From assembly GCA_017412085.1 (NCBI GenBank), contig JAFPYS010000004.1, positions 2,671-66,670 on the forward strand: a stretch of 64,000 nucleotides of DNA, written 5' to 3'. Below the pieces are notes generated by a model, which saw only the letters and a list, made by a program, of their open reading frames with translations, searched no databases and was not told where the DNA came from. A program made the position numbers and the translations under genes. Source of the stretch: Alphaproteobacteria bacterium. Its GTDB lineage: Bacteria > Pseudomonadota > Alphaproteobacteria > CAAHEQ01 > UBA3637. Shown here in pieces: positions 63,396 to 64,000 of this stretch (positions within the stretch are counted from its first letter, which is position 1; each line of letters starts with the position of its first letter).

Positions 63396-64000
63396 ATGAT
63401 TAAGAACGTTTCCTTGGTGAATAAAATTGGTGGATATCGAATTAGTACGAAGGTTTATTTGCCTGATTGTGCTTTTGATAAGGTTGTGATTGTTTGTCAC
63501 GGATTTGCCAGCCATAAGAAAAGACCTGCTGTTACTGTGGTGGCAGAAAAGTTGATGTCATCTGGAATTTGTGCGGTTACTTTTGATTTCCCGTGTCATG
63601 GTTCAAGTAAAGCGTCTCCGGAAGCTTTGTGCGTTGAATCTTGTATAGAAGATATATTATGTCTAATCCGGTATGTCAAGACAAAATATAAAATACAAGA
63701 TATTTCGTTGTTTGGAATAAGTTTTGGTGGATATGTTGCTTTGAATTTTGCATTAAGATATCCACAATTGATATCCAGAGTTTTCTTAAGAGCTCCGGCA
63801 ATTAATATGGAAAAAGTTTTAATTCAAAAATTAATAGGTGTGTCAAAAGAAAAATATCAGCATGATGGATATGTGAGAATAGGTTATAAAAATCGTCTTT
63901 TGATACCATACGATTTTTACAAAGATGTGTGCTGCCATAATTTGTATCAAAATAGCCAGCAAATAGATTTGCCGATTTTTATTGTGCACGGAAAGGTTGA
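63396..64000 (+). CDS. alpha/beta hydrolase (3-prime end runs off window)
   Basis: My translation: MIKNVSLVNKIGGYRISTKVYLPD..VVIVCHGFASHKK..SLFGISFGGYVALNF (GxSxG)..LPIFIVHGKV. RBS AAGGAT. 9 nt after the radical SAM stop. Confidence 0.7.
   Translation, partial: MIKNVSLVNKIGGYRISTKVYLPDCAFDKVVIVCHGFASHKKRPAVTVVAEKLMSSGICAVTFDFPCHGSSKASPEALCVESCIEDILCLIRYVKTKYKIQDISLFGISFGGYVALNFALRYPQLISRVFLRAPAINMEKVLIQKLIGVSKEKYQHDGYVRIGYKNRLLIPYDFYKDVCCHNLYQNSQQIDLPIFIVHGKV

Noticed and set aside
1-64000. CRISPR arrays, rRNA genes, IS elements and long tandem repeats
   Set aside because: Scanning by eye found no regularly spaced short repeats, no rRNA-like segments and no transposase-like ORFs. The only exact repeats found are the 48-bp and 20-bp tRNA-end duplications. 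A computational repeat search could still find others.

Overview
64-kb chromosomal window from a low-GC bacterium (about 40% G+C by eye, not computed). It is most likely an alphaproteobacterium: there is a circularly permuted two-piece tmRNA with an ANDN-type tag, an alpha-type SspB and an RHH_4 protein. The housekeeping backbone holds batA/batB-like, uppP, ssrA-sspB, amiC, rne, mscL, pgpA, rimI-tsaB, hisS, a zntB/corA-type transporter, xthA, priA, xerC-like, queA, lemA-TPM, a PBP5-type carboxypeptidase with SPOR domain, uvrC (frameshifted), pgsA, and tRNA-Lys(CUU), tRNA-Thr(UGU) and tRNA-Met(CAU). Five accessory patches interrupt it. (1) 9.7-11.5 kb: a 1.7-kb integrase-less islet at tRNA-Lys, bounded by perfect 48-bp direct repeats, carrying one HExxH protein. 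(2) 14-27 kb: an orphan cluster with no recognisable ATPase. Its core is three tandem paralogous polytopic membrane proteins sharing a CWxC motif. They are flanked by a divergent gene pair and by a five-gene operon led by a dual-HTH CI-like regulator. (3) 42.3-46.3 kb: accessory genes ending in a fossil att-like repeat of the tRNA-Met 3-prime end. (4) 54.0-59.4 kb: a 1785-aa secreted protein with about 40 CC dipeptides and a C-terminal HExxH module. (5) 59.4-64 kb: MFS, NUDIX, GNAT, radical SAM and hydrolase genes. I consider patches 2 and 4 the best candidates for undescribed biology. No CRISPR array, rRNA, transposase or phage-type integrase was seen. All homology statements rest on motif recognition by eye, not on database searches.
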